Positions 19,191 to 28,075 of a stretch of 45,309 nt of DNA are shown piece after piece (position 1 is the stretch's first letter; each line of letters opens with the position of its first letter). The stretch lies in the sequence record SRR22947727_28; one strand, given 5' to 3'. The translations under genes were made by a program, and so were the position numbers. The notes under the pieces were generated by a model. The model searched no databases and had not been told where the DNA came from. It saw only the letters and a list, made by a program, of their open reading frames with translations.

Positions 19191-20078
19191 TTATTTTATT
19201 TGAAGTTCATTTTTTACATTATTATTTCTTAGCATTTTTAAAATTGTACTTGAAGTTTTTATTGGCTTAAATCCAAATTTAAGTGCTTTTGAAAAATCAA
19301 TTATTTTATTTCTATTGGTAGTGACTATATATCTGAGTTTAATTTTTTTGTTATAGAAATTTTCATAAATAGAAATTATTTTTTTCAAATTAATAGGAAT
19401 TTTAGAACCTAAAACAAAAACTTTATAATAATAATTTGTTTTTTTATTAATCATTATTCTTATAAAATTAAAAATTTCTTCTGCATGTATTGTGTTATTA
19501 TATAAATCTTCTTTATTATTAATTGTTACTAAATCATCTTTATTTTTTTTATATACTACCATAAGTTTTGATATAAAATTTGAATGTGAGTTAATTCCTA
19601 CTGCAGCGGGTAGCCTTAATACCAAAATATTTTTTTTTTTTCTTGAAAATTCTTTTAATATTTTCTCACATTTAATTTTTGATTTACCATAATAATCATT
19701 AGCATTTAATCCTGTTTTCTCATCTATTTTCAATTCATTAAAACTTCCATAAACTGAATTTGAAGACATAAAAACAAAATTATTAAAACTAAATTTATTT
19801 AAAATTTCTTTTAGTGAATTTACATTATTATTATACAAATTTTGATCATTTTTGGTATTTACTCTTGTTTTTGATGCACAATGTATAATTAAATCATAAT
19901 GGTCTTTAAAATTTATGTGTTTAAGGTCAGTTTTAATCAGTTTAGTTATTTTCTTTAAACCTTTTGGTTTATTTTTGTTATACAGCGCAAATAATTTTAT
20001 TTTTTTATAATTTTTTTCAAATAACTTTAAAAGATTGAAACCAAGAAATCCGCTTGATCCAGTAACTAAAATTTTCAT
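19191..20078 (-). CDS. NAD-dependent epimerase/dehydratase (extended SDR)
   Basis: ILVTGSSGFLG, HCAS, SS.SVYG and YGKSK motifs. ATG 20078 preferred over GTG 20084. Confidence 0.88.
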   Translation of the reverse strand: MKILVTGSSGFLGFNLLKLFEKNYKKIKLFALYNKNKPKGLKKITKLIKTDLKHINFKDHYDLIIHCASKTRVNTKNDQNLYNNNVNSLKEILNKFSFNNFVFMSSNSVYGSFNELKIDEKTGLNANDYYGKSKIKCEKILKEFSRKKKNILVLRLPAAVGINSHSNFISKLMVVYKKNKDDLVTINNKEDLYNNTIHAEEIFNFIRIMINKKTNYYYKVFVLGSKIPINLKKIISIYENFYNKKIKLRYIVTTNRNKIIDFSKALKFGFKPIKTSSTILKMLRNNNVKNELQIK

Positions 20079-20204
20079 GTGCAATTCGATTTTTAATATT
20101 ATTAAAAATATTTTCTAGAAATCTTATATATAAATTTTCAAATTCTGTTAAACAAATATTGTATTTACAGGTTATTAATTGTTGATATTATATTAACAGA
20201 ACTT

Positions 20205-21020
20205 ATGAAATCTACTTATTTTATTAAAAAACCAACATATAAAGGTAAAAAGTTTATTGAAAATTTTTTTATTAAAAAGGGTCTTGGAACTTTAGTAGAT
20301 TTATCTAAAAAAAAAATGCCTTCAGTAAATGAAATGATTTCAGACGAAGCATATGTTCCTGAATTAGAAGATTTATTTAATTTGTATCAATATGTATTAA
20401 ATAACAAAAGGATTACATTATTAGAGTTTGGTTCTGGATGGTCAACACTTATATTTAGTTTGGCATTGAAAGAGTTAAAAGATAAATTTTTTCAAGATGT
20501 AAAACTATTAAGAAGAAATAATCCTTTTGAATTATTTGTTGTAGACAATGAAAGAAAATATTTGAATATTACCAAAAATAGAATCAAGCAATTTAATAAA
20601 TCCTTAAATATTAAGAATCCAATTAAAATTAACTTTTGCTTTTCGGATGTAGAGATGACAACTTTTCAAAATAGGATCTGCACTCAGTATAAAAAATTGC
20701 CACTATGTAATCCTGATTTTGTTTACTTGGATGGGCCCGATCAATTTAATGTGAAGAGAAGGATAAATGGAATTAACACTGGGCATAAAGACATGATGCC
20801 AATGGTTTGTGATATTTTAAAATTTGAGTATTTTTATACTCCTGGAACTATTATAGTTTGTGATGGAAGGTCTGCTAATGCTAAATTTATTAGAGATCAT
20901 TTTAAAAGAAAATGGAAATATATTAATGATAAAAAAAATGATCAACATATTTTTTGTCTAGTAGATCCTGTTCTAGGCGAACCCAATGAATTACAATTGA
21001 AATTTTACTCAAAAAGTTAA
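20205..21020 (+). CDS. Class I SAM-methyltransferase-like protein
   Basis: Motif I LLEFGSGWST, then VVDN, DFVYLDGP and PGTIIVCD. Confidence 0.65.
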   Translation: MKSTYFIKKPTYKGKKFIENFFIKKGLGTLVDLSKKKMPSVNEMISDEAYVPELEDLFNLYQYVLNNKRITLLEFGSGWSTLIFSLALKELKDKFFQDVKLLRRNNPFELFVVDNERKYLNITKNRIKQFNKSLNIKNPIKINFCFSDVEMTTFQNRICTQYKKLPLCNPDFVYLDGPDQFNVKRRINGINTGHKDMMPMVCDILKFEYFYTPGTIIVCDGRSANAKFIRDHFKRKWKYINDKKNDQHIFCLVDPVLGEPNELQLKFYSKS

Positions 21021-21065
21021 ATAAATAATGTGTACTTTGTGTATCAAATAAATTAAAAGAATATT

Positions 21066-21899
21066 ATGTCAATATTTATCATTGCTGAAATAGGTATAAA
21101 CCATAACGGCGATATGAAAATATGTAAACAGTTAATAGATCTAGCTTCAGAGTCTGGGTGCGATGCTGTGAAATTTCAAAAACGAGATATAGAGAGTGTC
21201 TATGACAAAGAATTATTAGACAGTCCAAGAGAAAGTCCATGGGGCAAAACTCAAAGAGAGCAAAAATTAGGACTTGAATTTGATGAAAATCAATATCAAG
21301 AAATTGATAAATATTGTAAAGAAAAAAATATAGAATGGTTTGCTTCAGCTTGGGACCTTAAAAGCCAAGAATTTTTAAGAAAGTTTAATTGCAAATATAA
21401 TAAAATTGCTTCAGCAATGTTAGTTAACGAAAAGCTATTAAGAATGGTCTCAGAAGAAAAAAAACATACTTTTATATCCACTGGTTTGAGCACCATGGAT
21501 GATATTGAAAAAGCCGTAAAAATTTTTAGGGACAATAACTGCCCATTTGAATTAATGCATTGTGTTTCAACTTATCCAATGAAGGATGCGGATGCGAACC
21601 TTAGAACTATTCAAACACTTAAAGAGAAATTCAATTGTAATGTTGGTTATAGTGGTCATGAATCGGGTTTGACAATATCTTATGCTGCTGCTGCTCTAAG
21701 TATCTCGTCACTAGAGAGACATATAACTCTTGATAGAGCAATGTATGGTTCTGATCAGGCTGCATCATTAGCACCTCCTGGAATAAGAAAAATAGTTCCA
21801 GAAATTAGAAAAATAGAAAAAGCTTTAGGAGATGGTATTAAGAGAGTAATAGAAGACGAGGTGCCAATAGCAAAAAAATTAAGGCAACACTTAAAATAA
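21066..21899 (+). CDS. neuB: N-acetylneuraminate synthase family protein lacking the C-terminal SAF domain
   Basis: AEIGINHNG, DAVKFQKR, WFASAWD, KIASA, STG, HCVSTYP, GYSGHE and ERHITLDR..GSDQ motifs; only 277 aa. Confidence 0.92.
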   Translation: MSIFIIAEIGINHNGDMKICKQLIDLASESGCDAVKFQKRDIESVYDKELLDSPRESPWGKTQREQKLGLEFDENQYQEIDKYCKEKNIEWFASAWDLKSQEFLRKFNCKYNKIASAMLVNEKLLRMVSEEKKHTFISTGLSTMDDIEKAVKIFRDNNCPFELMHCVSTYPMKDADANLRTIQTLKEKFNCNVGYSGHESGLTISYAAAALSISSLERHITLDRAMYGSDQAASLAPPGIRKIVPEIRKIEKALGDGIKRVIEDEVPIAKKLRQHLK

Positions 21900-21902
21900 A
21901 AA

Positions 21903-23426
21903 TTAAAGAAAACTTCCTTTTTGGAACCTTTCCGAAGGATTTCCTGCTAACACTCTATTTCTATTTTTTTTCCAAACACATCTTTTAATTCCCAGAGCAG
22001 ATTTAAATTTTTTATTTTTCTTCGAAGCTAATTCGAAAATATAATTTTTAAAATTTTTTATATTATCCTCTAAATCTTTATCACAAGGGATTTTTTTTAC
22101 TTCACTAAATTCATCTAGAAGACTTATATAATTTGCTCTTTTGCTTATCATCTCTTCTAAAGTATGATTATCTTTATCTTTTCTCTTTAAAGTAACTTCA
22201 GGCTTTATATCAAGATAAAAAAATCCATCCGGCAAAGGAAAAAATTGTTCTAAAGGTAAAAATTTATTATTTTTATTCGGAAATTCTCCTCTTAATTTAT
22301 CTGTAATGTATCTTTCAAAAATAGTAATACCATATCCTGAATCAGCATATGCCATACCAATCTTATATTTTATATACTGATCAAATATATCAATTGCTTG
22401 ACCAAGAAATAAAAATATTTTTTTGAAAATTAAGATATTTTTTATTACTGAAAATTTTAATATTTTTCTTATAAATTTTATCAAATATCTAGTAATAGGC
22501 ATTATAGGAGCATCTGATTTCATATTTATAAAAGCAGGATCTAATTTATAGTAATTCTTAATTACATAATCACAAATTGTTGTCTTGCCAGCACCATCGT
22601 TACCCACAATTGCTATTGCAGGCATAGGGCTATGATTTTTAGACCACTTGGCCCAAGATCCAAATATCAATGCATTGATAAATTCTTTTGACTTAAGTAA
22701 ATTTTTTATTTCTAATTTTCCAGCAAATACTTTTCTTTTATTCTGTCGAATAATTCTTTTTTTAATCCAAAAATTTTTAATATCTTTATCTTGTTCGAAT
22801 TTTTCAAAATCATCATCAATTAATTTTTTTATCCAAATATTTTCCTTGGGTAAATTTTTTGAGGTTAAATGTAAGATATAGTCTAAATCATTATTGTCTA
22901 AAGAATTTAATAATTTTTTAAGTTTATACAATTGTTCGTATGAGAAAACAATTCCCTGAGAAAAATACTTAACTATTTTATAATAAATTATTGATTTTAA
23001 TTGAAAATGTTTCAATCCAGTTTTATCACAATAAATAGCCTCCTTTAAATGGATTTCATTCTCCTTTTTTGTCTGTGGAGCAAAAATTGTTAAATCTTCT
23101 ACATCTAAATTAATAAATTCTGTGCTTTCTTTGTGATTAATTAAAAATCTATATGAACCTTTTTCTCTTTTATTTAAAATAACGTCTTCTTCATTATCAA
23201 TATTTAAAAATTGATTATTTGAAAGATAAAAAGTGTCAACATCTCTCCCACTAAAATCTTGAAAATTTTTACATTCTTGCATTAGTACTGCACTATTAGA
23301 TTTAACTATCTTTTTAATCGTTTCTTTAACGTTAACAATAACTTCTTTATTCAAACTATTTTTTTTTTTTGAGGATAAAAAATTGTTATGATAAGGAACT
23401 AATTCATATTTTTTTTTATCAATCAT
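21903..23426 (-). CDS. Nucleotidyltransferase-like N-terminus fused to a thymidylate-kinase-like P-loop domain
   Basis: N-terminal GRDVD (DxD); Walker A GNDGAGKTT, FERYITD and YLDIKPEV..KRK, typical of the TMPK fold. Confidence 0.65.
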   Translation of the reverse strand: MIDKKKYELVPYHNNFLSSKKKNSLNKEVIVNVKETIKKIVKSNSAVLMQECKNFQDFSGRDVDTFYLSNNQFLNIDNEEDVILNKREKGSYRFLINHKESTEFINLDVEDLTIFAPQTKKENEIHLKEAIYCDKTGLKHFQLKSIIYYKIVKYFSQGIVFSYEQLYKLKKLLNSLDNNDLDYILHLTSKNLPKENIWIKKLIDDDFEKFEQDKDIKNFWIKKRIIRQNKRKVFAGKLEIKNLLKSKEFINALIFGSWAKWSKNHSPMPAIAIVGNDGAGKTTICDYVIKNYYKLDPAFINMKSDAPIMPITRYLIKFIRKILKFSVIKNILIFKKIFLFLGQAIDIFDQYIKYKIGMAYADSGYGITIFERYITDKLRGEFPNKNNKFLPLEQFFPLPDGFFYLDIKPEVTLKRKDKDNHTLEEMISKRANYISLLDEFSEVKKIPCDKDLEDNIKNFKNYIFELASKKNKKFKSALGIKRCVWKKNRNRVLAGNPSERFQKGSFL

Positions 23427-23521
23427 TTTTTTTATTATAATGTTTTTATTTTAGAGTGATATATATAGAAATTACATATATAACTAGACATAATATATTT
23501 CATTATTTAATAATAAATTTA

Positions 23522-24721
23522 ATGTTAAAAAAATTTAGAATACCATGGAGTCCAAGATCACATTTTTTTTCTTCAAGAGAAAAAAGCGAAATTATAAAAG
23601 TATTAGATAAATCTGAATGCTTAACTCAAGGAAAATGGTTAGAAAAATTTGAAAATAAATTTCTAAAATTTTTAAATTCTAAGGGTAAAGCTTATGCTGT
23701 AACAAGTGGCGCAAGTGCAATTGAACTAGCTGCAAGTGTTTTAAAACTTAAATCATCAGATGAAATAATTATACCTTCCCATACTTATTGTGCTTCAGCA
23801 TTACCATTTGTTCGATATAATACAAAAATAAAATGGGTTGATATAAATAAAGATGATTTTACTATTGATATCGATCATTTAAAAAAAATTATAAATAAAA
23901 ATACTAAAGTAATATTTGCAGTTCATTTATACGGATTACCTTGTGAAATAGTAAAAATCAAAAAACTTTGTAATAGAAAAAAAATAATTTTAATTGAAGA
24001 TTGTGCTCAATCACTAGGTTCAAAGATTAAGGATAAGTATGTCGGAACTTTTGGAGATATGTCAGTATTTTCTTTTCATCAGCAAAAAAATATGACCACT
24101 CTCGGTGAAGGTGGAATGCTAGTTGTGAATAATAAAAAATTCCAAAAATATATTCCAGGATTAAAACATAATGGTCACAGACCTTATAAAAATAAAAAAA
24201 AATATTGGAAACCTGCTATGGTTGATGTTTATGAGGATCTAAAAGAAGTTACCCCATTTAACTTTCCTATGACTGAAATACAAGCATGTGCAGGATTTTA
24301 CTTGCTTGATAGAGTTAGAAGCTTAAACAATTTAAGAAATAAAAGAGCAAAAAAATTAATTAATTCGTTAAAAGAATTTAAATTTATTAAATTTCAAAAA
24401 ATTAAAAAAAATTTTTACAACTCTTACCATTTACTTCCTGCATATTTTGATAAATGTAAACTTAATATTACAAGAGATAAGTTTATAGACATTATAAGTA
24501 AAAAATATGGTATTCAGCTTATAATTCAATACCATCCACTTGATAAGTATCATTTTTTTAGAAAAAAATATAAATCCAATAATGATTTAAAAAATACATA
24601 CTACTTTTATGATAATATGTTTTCTATACCTTCTTACGTTTGGATGTCAGATAAAGATTTTAATTATTTAATTTCAAGCTGTAAAAAAGAACTTAAAAAA
24701 ATTAGATATCTTGAAAAATAA
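23522..24721 (+). CDS. DegT/DnrJ/EryC1/StrS sugar aminotransferase
   Basis: VHLYG, EDCAQS and SFHQQKNMTTLGEGG motifs. ATG 23522 chosen; the ORF is open from GTG 23456. Confidence 0.92.
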   Translation: MLKKFRIPWSPRSHFFSSREKSEIIKVLDKSECLTQGKWLEKFENKFLKFLNSKGKAYAVTSGASAIELAASVLKLKSSDEIIIPSHTYCASALPFVRYNTKIKWVDINKDDFTIDIDHLKKIINKNTKVIFAVHLYGLPCEIVKIKKLCNRKKIILIEDCAQSLGSKIKDKYVGTFGDMSVFSFHQQKNMTTLGEGGMLVVNNKKFQKYIPGLKHNGHRPYKNKKKYWKPAMVDVYEDLKEVTPFNFPMTEIQACAGFYLLDRVRSLNNLRNKRAKKLINSLKEFKFIKFQKIKKNFYNSYHLLPAYFDKCKLNITRDKFIDIISKKYGIQLIIQYHPLDKYHFFRKKYKSNNDLKNTYYFYDNMFSIPSYVWMSDKDFNYLISSCKKELKKIRYLEK

Positions 24722-25427
24722 AATTTGCTTAATTTGCTGTAGAGGTGGTTCAAAAACCATAAAAAATAAAAACATTAAAAAATTTGCAGGAAAACCACTA
24801 CTAAGTTGGATTATAGAAGAAGCTTTAAAAAGTAAAGTATTTGACAAGATAATATTGTCAACGGACTCAAAAAAAATCCAAAATATTGGAAATAAATATA
24901 ATATTTTTATACCAGGATTAAGACCTAAAAATTTAGCTAAAGCAAAATCAGATCAATTTGAAACACATAAATATATTTTTAAAAAATTGAATATTAATGA
25001 TGATAATTCAGTTGTTTGTGTTTTAAATAATAATCCATTCATAAATTCTAAGTTAATAAAAAAGAGTTATGAAATATTCAAAAAATATAATTATAAAAAA
25101 ATTATAGCAGACTATTCTAAAGTTGATGGAGATTATATAGCTTTTAAACAACTATTCATTAATAATGAAAAAATTAAATTTATAAATAAAAATAAATTTT
25201 TAAACTTGAAGCTTAATAGGCAAGAATTAAAAAATTTTTATACATTTATATTCAATATAAGGTGGGGTCGTCCATCTGATCTTATAAATTATAAAATATT
25301 TAAAAGAAATTTAGTTAAAAACGGTTATGGATTAGAATTATCTAAATTAGAGAATTTTGATATAGATGATATGGAGGATTGGAAAATAGCAATCAGTGTT
25401 TTCAAATCATTACGAAATGTTAGATAA
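24711..25427 (+). CDS. Acylneuraminate cytidylyltransferase (NeuA-type)
   Basis: CRGGSK.IKNKN, GKPL, STDS, RP..LA and FDIDD.EDW motifs. Confidence 0.88.
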   Translation: MKNKICLICCRGGSKTIKNKNIKKFAGKPLLSWIIEEALKSKVFDKIILSTDSKKIQNIGNKYNIFIPGLRPKNLAKAKSDQFETHKYIFKKLNINDDNSVVCVLNNNPFINSKLIKKSYEIFKKYNYKKIIADYSKVDGDYIAFKQLFINNEKIKFINKNKFLNLKLNRQELKNFYTFIFNIRWGRPSDLINYKIFKRNLVKNGYGLELSKLENFDIDDMEDWKIAISVFKSLRNVR

Positions 25428-26259
25428 AAAAAAATTTAAAAAAAATCTTTCAATTACTCAAGGAAGACACTTAAAAATAATTAATAAAAGAATTCAGATA
25501 TTTCCTGGGAAAAATTGGCATCATGAGCTTAAATTATTTAAAATTACTAAATTAAAATTTATAGAATGGGTTGTTTCAGGGGATAATTTTAAAAGTAATC
25601 CAATCTGTCAAATTAATGGTTATAAAATTATAAATAAATATTTAAAAAAAAATGGAATAAAATGTAGATCAATAGATTTAGATTTTATAGTAAAGGATAA
25701 CCCATTAAAATATTCAGAAAAAAAAATTAGATCATTTAAAGAAAAAATAAAAATTATTTCATTAAATGCATCTAAAATTGGTGTCAAACATTTGATATTT
25801 CCATTTCTAGAAAATTCTTCACCTAATGGAAAATTAAAACAAAATAAACTTAATTTAATATTGAGTGAAATAAGGAAAGAAATTCCAAAAAATTTATTTA
25901 TATTGATAGAAACAGACTTAAAACCAATTGAATTATTAAAAATAATAAAAAAGATGAAAAATAAAATTTTTATAAATTATGATTTGGGAAATAGTGCTTC
26001 AAAAAATTATAAATTTAATGAAGAAAAAAGATATTTTAAATTTGTAAAAAATATACATTTAAAAGATAGAGTCAAAAATGGATCTACAGTTAGGTTTGGT
26101 CATGGAAACGCTGACTTTAAAAAAATGTTTACTTTTTTATTGAAAAATAAAAATAACTATGACTTTAATCTCCAGCCAGCTAGAGCTAAGTTGAATAAAG
26201 ATATTAAAGAAATTAAAATAAATTTGGAGTATATAGATAGTTTATTGATGAATTTATGA
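25417..26259 (+). CDS. Xylose-isomerase-like TIM-barrel sugar (phosphate) epimerase/isomerase
   Basis: QGR...IQIFP..W, IEW, IETD, NYDLGN, HLKDR and G.G.ADF motifs. ATG 25417 chosen as start. Confidence 0.8.
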   Translation: MLDKKKFKKNLSITQGRHLKIINKRIQIFPGKNWHHELKLFKITKLKFIEWVVSGDNFKSNPICQINGYKIINKYLKKNGIKCRSIDLDFIVKDNPLKYSEKKIRSFKEKIKIISLNASKIGVKHLIFPFLENSSPNGKLKQNKLNLILSEIRKEIPKNLFILIETDLKPIELLKIIKKMKNKIFINYDLGNSASKNYKFNEEKRYFKFVKNIHLKDRVKNGSTVRFGHGNADFKKMFTFLLKNKNNYDFNLQPARAKLNKDIKEIKINLEYIDSLLMNL

Positions 26260-26954
26260 AAAAAAAAATAGTGATTGTTGGTTCCTCAGGAAACCTTGGA
26301 AAATATATCTTCAAAGAATTAAAAAAAACTAATAACTTACTGGGTATAGAAAGAAAAAAAAGTCATAATAATTATGAGTGTATAGATCTTTCAAATTCTA
26401 AAATGAATTTTGATACATTTAAATTGATAAAAAAAAAAAATTCATTATTAGATGCTATAATAATTTGTACTGGCAAAAGCAGTAAAGATCCTAGCATAAA
26501 TATTGATGAGAAATTCTTAAATTCTTTTAAATCAAATTTGTTAACTGTTTCAAATACAATTGAGTCATATCAAAAAATATATAAAAATAAACCAACTAAA
26601 ATAATTGTTATTTCTTCTATAGCTGCGATAAAAATAATGGAAGCACCAATTGAATATTCAATAAGTAAATCTGCTCTAAATCATTATTGTCAAATAAAAG
26701 CAAAAGAATTATCAAAATTTAAAATTAAACTTAATATTATTTCACCTGGAAATATTTTAAATAAAAATAATAATTGGTATTTAAAAAAAAAAACTAATAA
26801 TAATAAAGTTAAAAATTATATTAAAAAAAATGTTCCATTAAACTCTTTTTGTGAGCCAAAACAAATTTTGGCTTTATGCAAATTACTAATAAGTAATGAT
26901 GGAAATTTCTTTCAGGGTTCAAATATTGTAATGGATGGAGGTCAGATTTTATGA
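26256..26954 (+). CDS. Short-chain dehydrogenase/reductase
   Basis: GSSGNLG, YSISK, SPGNI and GSNIVMDGGQ motifs. Confidence 0.87.
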   Translation: MKKKIVIVGSSGNLGKYIFKELKKTNNLLGIERKKSHNNYECIDLSNSKMNFDTFKLIKKKNSLLDAIIICTGKSSKDPSINIDEKFLNSFKSNLLTVSNTIESYQKIYKNKPTKIIVISSIAAIKIMEAPIEYSISKSALNHYCQIKAKELSKFKIKLNIISPGNILNKNNNWYLKKKTNNNKVKNYIKKNVPLNSFCEPKQILALCKLLISNDGNFFQGSNIVMDGGQIL

Positions 26955-27727
26955 TCTCTAAAAAAAAAATATTAATAACAGGGGCAGGAGGTTATTTAGG
27001 TAGCAATCTTTGCTATTTATTTTCAAAATTAAATTATGATTTAATTTGCTTAGACATAAATAAAAACAAACTAAATTTATTAAAAAAAAAATTGTCAAAT
27101 TTTAAGAATAACCAATATTATTTTTCAGTTGATATAACTGATGAGAAGAAAGTAATTAAAGTTTTTAATTCTTTAAAAAGAAAGAAATGTACTATTAACG
27201 TAATAATAAATAATGCTGCAAATAATCCCTCTGTTAAGAAAACAAAAAAAATTAAATTAATGGACATAGTAGATTATAAAAAAGATTTAAATGTTGGTCT
27301 TGTAGGCACATATATAATTACAAAAACATTTGTAGACAGTATGAAAAAAAATAAAGGAGGAAGTATTATAAATATTGGGTCTGATTTGACTGTATTGTCC
27401 CCAAATCATGAAATTTATAAATCTGGTAAAGAAAATTTTTTAAAGCCAATTTCATACTCTGCAACTAAACATGGTTTAGTTGGTTTAAACAAATATTTTG
27501 CAACGCTGTATGCTAAAGATGGTATAATATCAAATATTATTTCTCCAGGTCCAATAGATGTTAATATTCCTAATTACTTAAAGAAAAGATTGTTATCAAA
27601 CACTCCTATGAAGAAGTTATGCTCTATTGATGAAATATTTAAATTAGTAATATTTTTTTGTGACACCAACAAAAGACACATTACAGGTCAAAATATTTTA
27701 GTTGATGGTGGAAAAAGCTTAATTTGA
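26951..27727 (+). CDS. Short-chain dehydrogenase/reductase (PtmA-like)
   Basis: TGAGGYLG, NNAA, YSATK, SPG and ITGQNILVDGG motifs. Confidence 0.88.
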   Translation: MISKKKILITGAGGYLGSNLCYLFSKLNYDLICLDINKNKLNLLKKKLSNFKNNQYYFSVDITDEKKVIKVFNSLKRKKCTINVIINNAANNPSVKKTKKIKLMDIVDYKKDLNVGLVGTYIITKTFVDSMKKNKGGSIINIGSDLTVLSPNHEIYKSGKENFLKPISYSATKHGLVGLNKYFATLYAKDGIISNIISPGPIDVNIPNYLKKRLLSNTPMKKLCSIDEIFKLVIFFCDTNKRHITGQNILVDGGKSLI

Positions 27728-27777
27728 GTACAATCTATTAACTTAGAATTACATCAGCAAAATAAATTAATTACTAC

Positions 27778-27908
27778 ATGCAAAATATAATTAAACAAAC
27801 AAGTTATAAGGTTTTTTATATTTCTCCAAATATTGTAAACATTGCATTTCTCCGTCAGTTCGTTGTAATAAGACTCAATTTAATTCATCAACATTACAGT
27901 TGAGTTGA
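27778..27908 (+). pseudogene. Frameshifted, truncated 5' remnant of a paralogue of the gene at 28072-28701
   Basis: MQNIIKQTSYKVFYISPNIV, then after a frameshift near 27840 HCISPSVRCNKTQFNSSTL. This aligns by eye with KVFYIHPNKVNYCIFPSKFCDYTQFNLSRI of the downstream gene. Confidence 0.75.
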
Positions 27909-28075
27909 TATCACATTCTACTAATATAATTCAGGAGATTATAAAAATGAAAAATTTGATTTTATATCATATTCAAAAAAATAAAAAAAATATTAGAATG
28001 ATTTGGAAAAAAAATTATAATAGAAATTTAGCTGGTAAAAGTTTAGATAGATCACAAAAAGAGTCTTTTTTTTGA
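27899..28075 (+). pseudogene. 3' remnant of a homologue of the NTase/P-loop gene at 21903-23426; could still encode a 42-aa peptide from ATG 27947
   Basis: VELISHSTNIIQEIIKMKNLILYHIQKNKKNIRMIWKKNYNRNLAGKSLDRSQKESFF* aligns with the C-terminus VKKIPCDKDLEDNIKNFKNYIF...RCVWKKNRNRVLAGNPSERFQKGSFL*. Confidence 0.78.

Noticed and set aside
20164-20191. Sigma70-like promoter (TTTACA, 16 bp, TATTAT with upstream TG) before 20205
   Set aside because: Plausible, but such matches are frequent in AT-rich spacers and are not supportable without TSS data.
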